A stretch of DNA of 64,000 bases. Source: Gordius albopunctatus (lineage: Eukaryota). The translations under genes were made by a program, and so were the position numbers. The stretch is from NCBI GenBank assembly GCA_964276515.1, contig OZ193909.1, forward strand, positions 7,688,001 to 7,752,000. Direction: 5' to 3'. Positions 44,967-64,000 of the stretch are shown piece by piece; position 1 is the stretch's first letter, and the number at the start of each line of letters is the position of its first letter. A model generated the notes under the pieces. The model made no database searches, was not told the DNA's origin, and was given only the letters and a program-made list of their open reading frames with translations.

Positions 44967-46665
44967 TAGTGTTTCGATCTCGTCTCGGTCTCGAAAGCAA
45001 CTCGTCTCGTCTCGGGTGCGATTATTAAAATCTCGATCTCGTCTCGTCTCGACTTTTAAAAATGATTATAAAAAATATATTTTTCCCTAGCTCTTATAAA
45101 TTAGTATGTAAGATATAAATTGGTCATAATGGAACCAATTTTTTCTCTCAAACCCCAAAACACAAGCTAGATGGGTATCTTAAGACAGGAAGCATTATTG
45201 GAGGTGTTATATATACTACTTGCCTCGAAGGTATAAAGTTGCTAAACAATAACTTTCATTTCCTGGATAAGGCTCAATAAGAGGATAAAGTTTAATAATA
45301 TCATCATATTTTAACATAATGAATTTATTGACATTTTATATAATAACGTTGAAATAATTACGAAAATGAGAGGGTAAACTTTTAAAAATATTATCATTAT
45401 TTAAAACAAGTAATAATTATCTGAACATTGCAAATATAATAAAATAGGCATTATTGTTGGAAAAACATAAAAGTTTTAAGACCTTACGTTAAATGCACAT
45501 ATATAATTTAATCAAAGTTGTTAAATATAAATTTAAACAATTCTATTATAGTGAGACATCCCATTATACATAACAAAGTATTAACTTAATGCATTTATTA
45601 CTAATTTTCGCATAAAATAATTACGTACTAATAAAGCTTATGTTCATATATTTTAATTTATGGATAAATTGCAGCATTTTGAAAAAAATTCAGTGAATTG
45701 CATCTGTGAAGCCTACATTTTGACGTAAAATGTAATGAATGTGTTGGGTTGAGAATTGTTGAGGTGTGCCATGAGTTTAGTCATAGCAAGCTCCTGACTG
45801 ATTCATGAGTTAATCTTTTACGATGTTTTCGAATAGTCAGAGACGTCTTCGAAAAAAATCTTTCGGCAGGCACCGAGGTCGCCGGAGTTCTCAAAAATCT
45901 CCAGCCATTACTGCTAAATTGGGATAATTATATTTTTAATCAACTAATTATATAATATATACAACTATTTAGTCATTTTTAAAGAATAGGTTTGATATAT
46001 AAGAGCTGTTAAATGCTTAAATTTTGTAAAGCATCTAAGTTCGCGTAAAAAAAAGTTTTTGGGTAGTTTAATTTCTTATTAACTTGAGTAGGGTAAAATT
46101 TTTAGTAATCTTCATGATGGTAACGTTTAAGATGTCGTTGAAGACCTGAAGTATTGCTATCAGTCTTACTACTTTAAATCACAATTTAAACTTCCGCATT
46201 TTATTTGATTCATCCTTGGATTTTGTGAAATTTTTCAGCAGCTTGCTCTTTTTTGAGTTGGATGATGAACTTGTTGCGCATAATTTATTATAGGTCTGAA
46301 ATTTTTATATCATATAATAATGATATACAAATAGGTAATAAATACCAAATTAATGATCATATACTCTAAGGGCCACATTTTGTCTGTTGAATGAAATTAT
46401 ATTACAAATTTTGAATTCGCACGAAGCGGACAATTAGGTGCGTAAGTAATTTAGTATCAAAAGTTTCAAATTCATATTAATTTGCATTTAATATCCGAAA
46501 TGTAATAAAATAAAAAATTTCAATTAGCTAAATTAAGTCTCAATAGTTAAAAATATAAAACTGAGATCGAGGCAAAAATTCTCGTCTCGATCTCGACTCC
46601 ATTTTTCAAATTCTCGTCCGAGACGAGACGAGATGGAGATTTTCCTCGGTTTTTCCGCATCACTA
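44967..46665 (-). mobile_element. Non-autonomous hAT element (GTCTC subterminal family)
   Basis: Ends TAGTG/CACTA. TSD TGCAGGGG/TGCAGAGG. Minus-strand remnant TPATSVPAERFFS..LTIRKHRKRLTHESV at about 45790-45930. Confidence 0.85.
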
Positions 46666-46921
46666 TGCAGAGGGGAAAAAGTTAACCCCCCCCCCCCTCC
46701 CTTAAACCAAATAAAAAAATTAAAGCCATATTTATCATTATTTATATGTATAATAGCCAATGGGTAAGGAAAGAGACGGAGATTAATTGTCAAGCACCAT
46801 TTTGAAATATTAAATATAAATATTAAGTTAATTTTGACTATAAATCAAAAACATAAGGTACCTCATTTGCTCTTTTAACCCTAAGTTGGTTAAGCTTACG
46901 ACTTAGTGCTTAATCCTTACC

Positions 46922-47170
46922 TTGTTTTGCTAAAGTTACCGTTTATATCCGGTCCAATAATAATAAAATCGGCTGCAGGTTTCATACGAAGCGTTCCACC
47001 TATCTCCTATTGAAAATCATCTTTATCCTGTTTGCCAGCACAGGCGGACACTCATGAATAATCATTAGTCGGCCAATTTTTCTTTGTAATTCAATGACTT
47101 TATCTTGGAGATGTGCATCAAATATGATTGCCACGCCATTTAGCCATTGAAGTAAAGTATGTTGTCTTTA
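46922..47170 (-). pseudogene. Decayed LINE (RTE/CR1-type) AP-endonuclease fragment
   Basis: Minus-strand translation pieces NGVAIIFDAHLQDKVIELQRKIGRLMII and FIIIGPDING resemble the GVGI and IGGDLNGH motifs; stops present. Confidence 0.6.
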
Positions 47171-47747
47171 TTATTCATCTTGGCTGTTGATCCTTTCCAT
47201 CATTTTTCTTGCATAAATGCTATATCATTATGTGGTTTGCTGAGGGTGCCAGCAACTTCTCGGCATTTTTCAGTCATTTCTCCAACATAGCGGGCCTACT
47301 TTCAATCTTATCTTTAGGTAACTGGTTTTTTAACTACACCCGTTTGCAAAAAAAGTAGCGACCCTCATATATATTTCACATAGCGCGTATTTAAATGCTT
47401 TATTAAATCTGGACTCATTTATGAAGAATTGGGATGACGCTCGACTATCCAGTGAGTTTTTTTTAGTCTTTTAGAAAAAAGTGCCCAGAGAAAGATTTAA
47501 ACGAGTCCCCATTTCAAATACAAAGTCTAAAGCCATTGAGTCTCCACGCCCATAAATAATGGTTTTTTTAACATCTGCAATAGATCACTACACTTTAACA
47601 CATATTTTGCGATAGATTTAGGAAATTCGCCATATTTAACTATTTTTATATTTTGCATTATCAACAATTTGCTTTTAAAAAGATTCCACTAGCTCTATAA
47701 AAATAAAAGTTATTTAAGTAATTTAAAATCTTGGCTAAGCAGATATC

Positions 47748-48162
47748 TATAGACTAGATAGACTGCTCGTTCCATATGTTCCATATGGTTAATTATGTGT
47801 CAAATTTTCTTTCATTTTGAAAAGCGCAACTGGTAAATTTTAAACATATATTTTGCCCTATAATAGTCGATTTACCTTCCTCACTAGTTTATAAATTAAA
47901 ACAAACGTGATGGCGTTATATTATAAACAAACTTTAATCGCGCAATTTTTTTTATGAATTGTCAATTGTGTAAATTATATTTATTTTAAAATCATATTTT
48001 AGATATCTACCCAATTTAATATTTTTTTATTTACATTTTTAAGATTATTTAATTTGCAAAATCAATATTTTCTATATGACCACCACTTTACCATGTTAAA
48101 TCAAAATGGTGGATAAAAGGGTACATATTTTGTGCGTTAATGAGCAGTCTATCTAGTCTATG
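47748..48162. mobile_element. MITE with 20-bp perfect TIR just upstream of the myosin gene
   Basis: ATAGACTAGATAGACTGCTC at 47749-47768 and GAGCAGTCTATCTAGTCTAT at 48142-48161. A related single end lies at 44107-44127. TSD not clean. Confidence 0.7.
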
Positions 48163-48998
48163 CAGAAGATATTATAAAGAAAATATGAAGATGGTCATCT
48201 TCTTTTCTGTAACATAAAAGTTTGTATAGAATTAGGCATATTCAAAATTAATTTCTAATTATTTGTATAAAATTAATGTATAGCCTAAAATTGTACTAAA
48301 ATAGAAATGTTTCCCCTAAATAAACGTATTAGTGTCATTAATCACGTTATTTATAATTAACTTTTAAGAGATGTGATTACAAGACCTATTAAAGCCAAAT
48401 GATCTTGACATTCAAAAAGATATTTATTGTATTTTGTTAACAACATTCGATAGTTAATGGAGTCGAGAAATCAATTTTATACCTCTATTTCTTGTAATAT
48501 ACTCATTGGCGTAGCCAAGGGAGGGGCAGGGAGCGGCCGCCGCCCCCTCTAAATCCCAAAATTTGTTGAAATTTATTAAAATTATGGAGAAAATTTCAAA
48601 AAATGATATTGTCCCTTTTTAATGGCCAAATTTTCGACTACTCTCTAATATTTAAAAAAATTACAAAGAAATCTTCTTCATCCAACATATAATTTCAATT
48701 CTATAATTCATCAATATGTTTTTTTTAATATTTGTTAAGATTATTTTTTGGCTTTATATTTTGTATAGGTTTTACGCAAATTTAAATTGTGTATGAAATC
48801 CACTATTTAAATGGGCTATTTATAGCAAGCAACAATAATTACAATTAATTATTAATATGCATTTGCTTCAAGCTTTTAAATAACATTTCTTAAATGGTAA
48901 TTTGTACTAACTTGTCATTAATTTTGATGTCGGGCATTTTTCTATCTCATTTTTAAAGTATCAGTAAACACGAAATTCATTTTTATAACCTCCCTGCG

Positions 48999-64000
<15,002 letters not shown>

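Overview
AT-rich eukaryotic (invertebrate animal) genomic DNA, dense in transposons, with two host genes transcribed divergently. (1) An 8-exon, minus-strand, secreted single-domain ACE-like (peptidase M2) gene at 6082-17145. My splice model gives about 650 aa. Its zinc motif reads HQLGH instead of HEMGH, so it is probably a pseudo-peptidase, and it uses 34-39 nt introns. (2) The 5' part of a non-muscle myosin II heavy chain gene (zipper/MYH9/10-like, 48999 to window end, plus strand), with a candidate loop-1 cassette micro-exon. Between and inside them lie an apparently intact, extremely compact Ty3/Gypsy (Mag-like) LTR retrotransposon (3916 bp, identical 100-bp LTRs, 5-bp TSD) and a near-intact Helitron (25338-32255), plus several decayed or non-autonomous Helitrons. 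There are also many hAT derivatives and MITEs with verifiable 8-bp TSDs, including a five-level nest and a roughly 540-bp-arm foldback, and a dispersed DINE-1/HINE-like element carrying tandem tRNA B-box motifs. All gene models and alignments were made by eye; no database searches were run.
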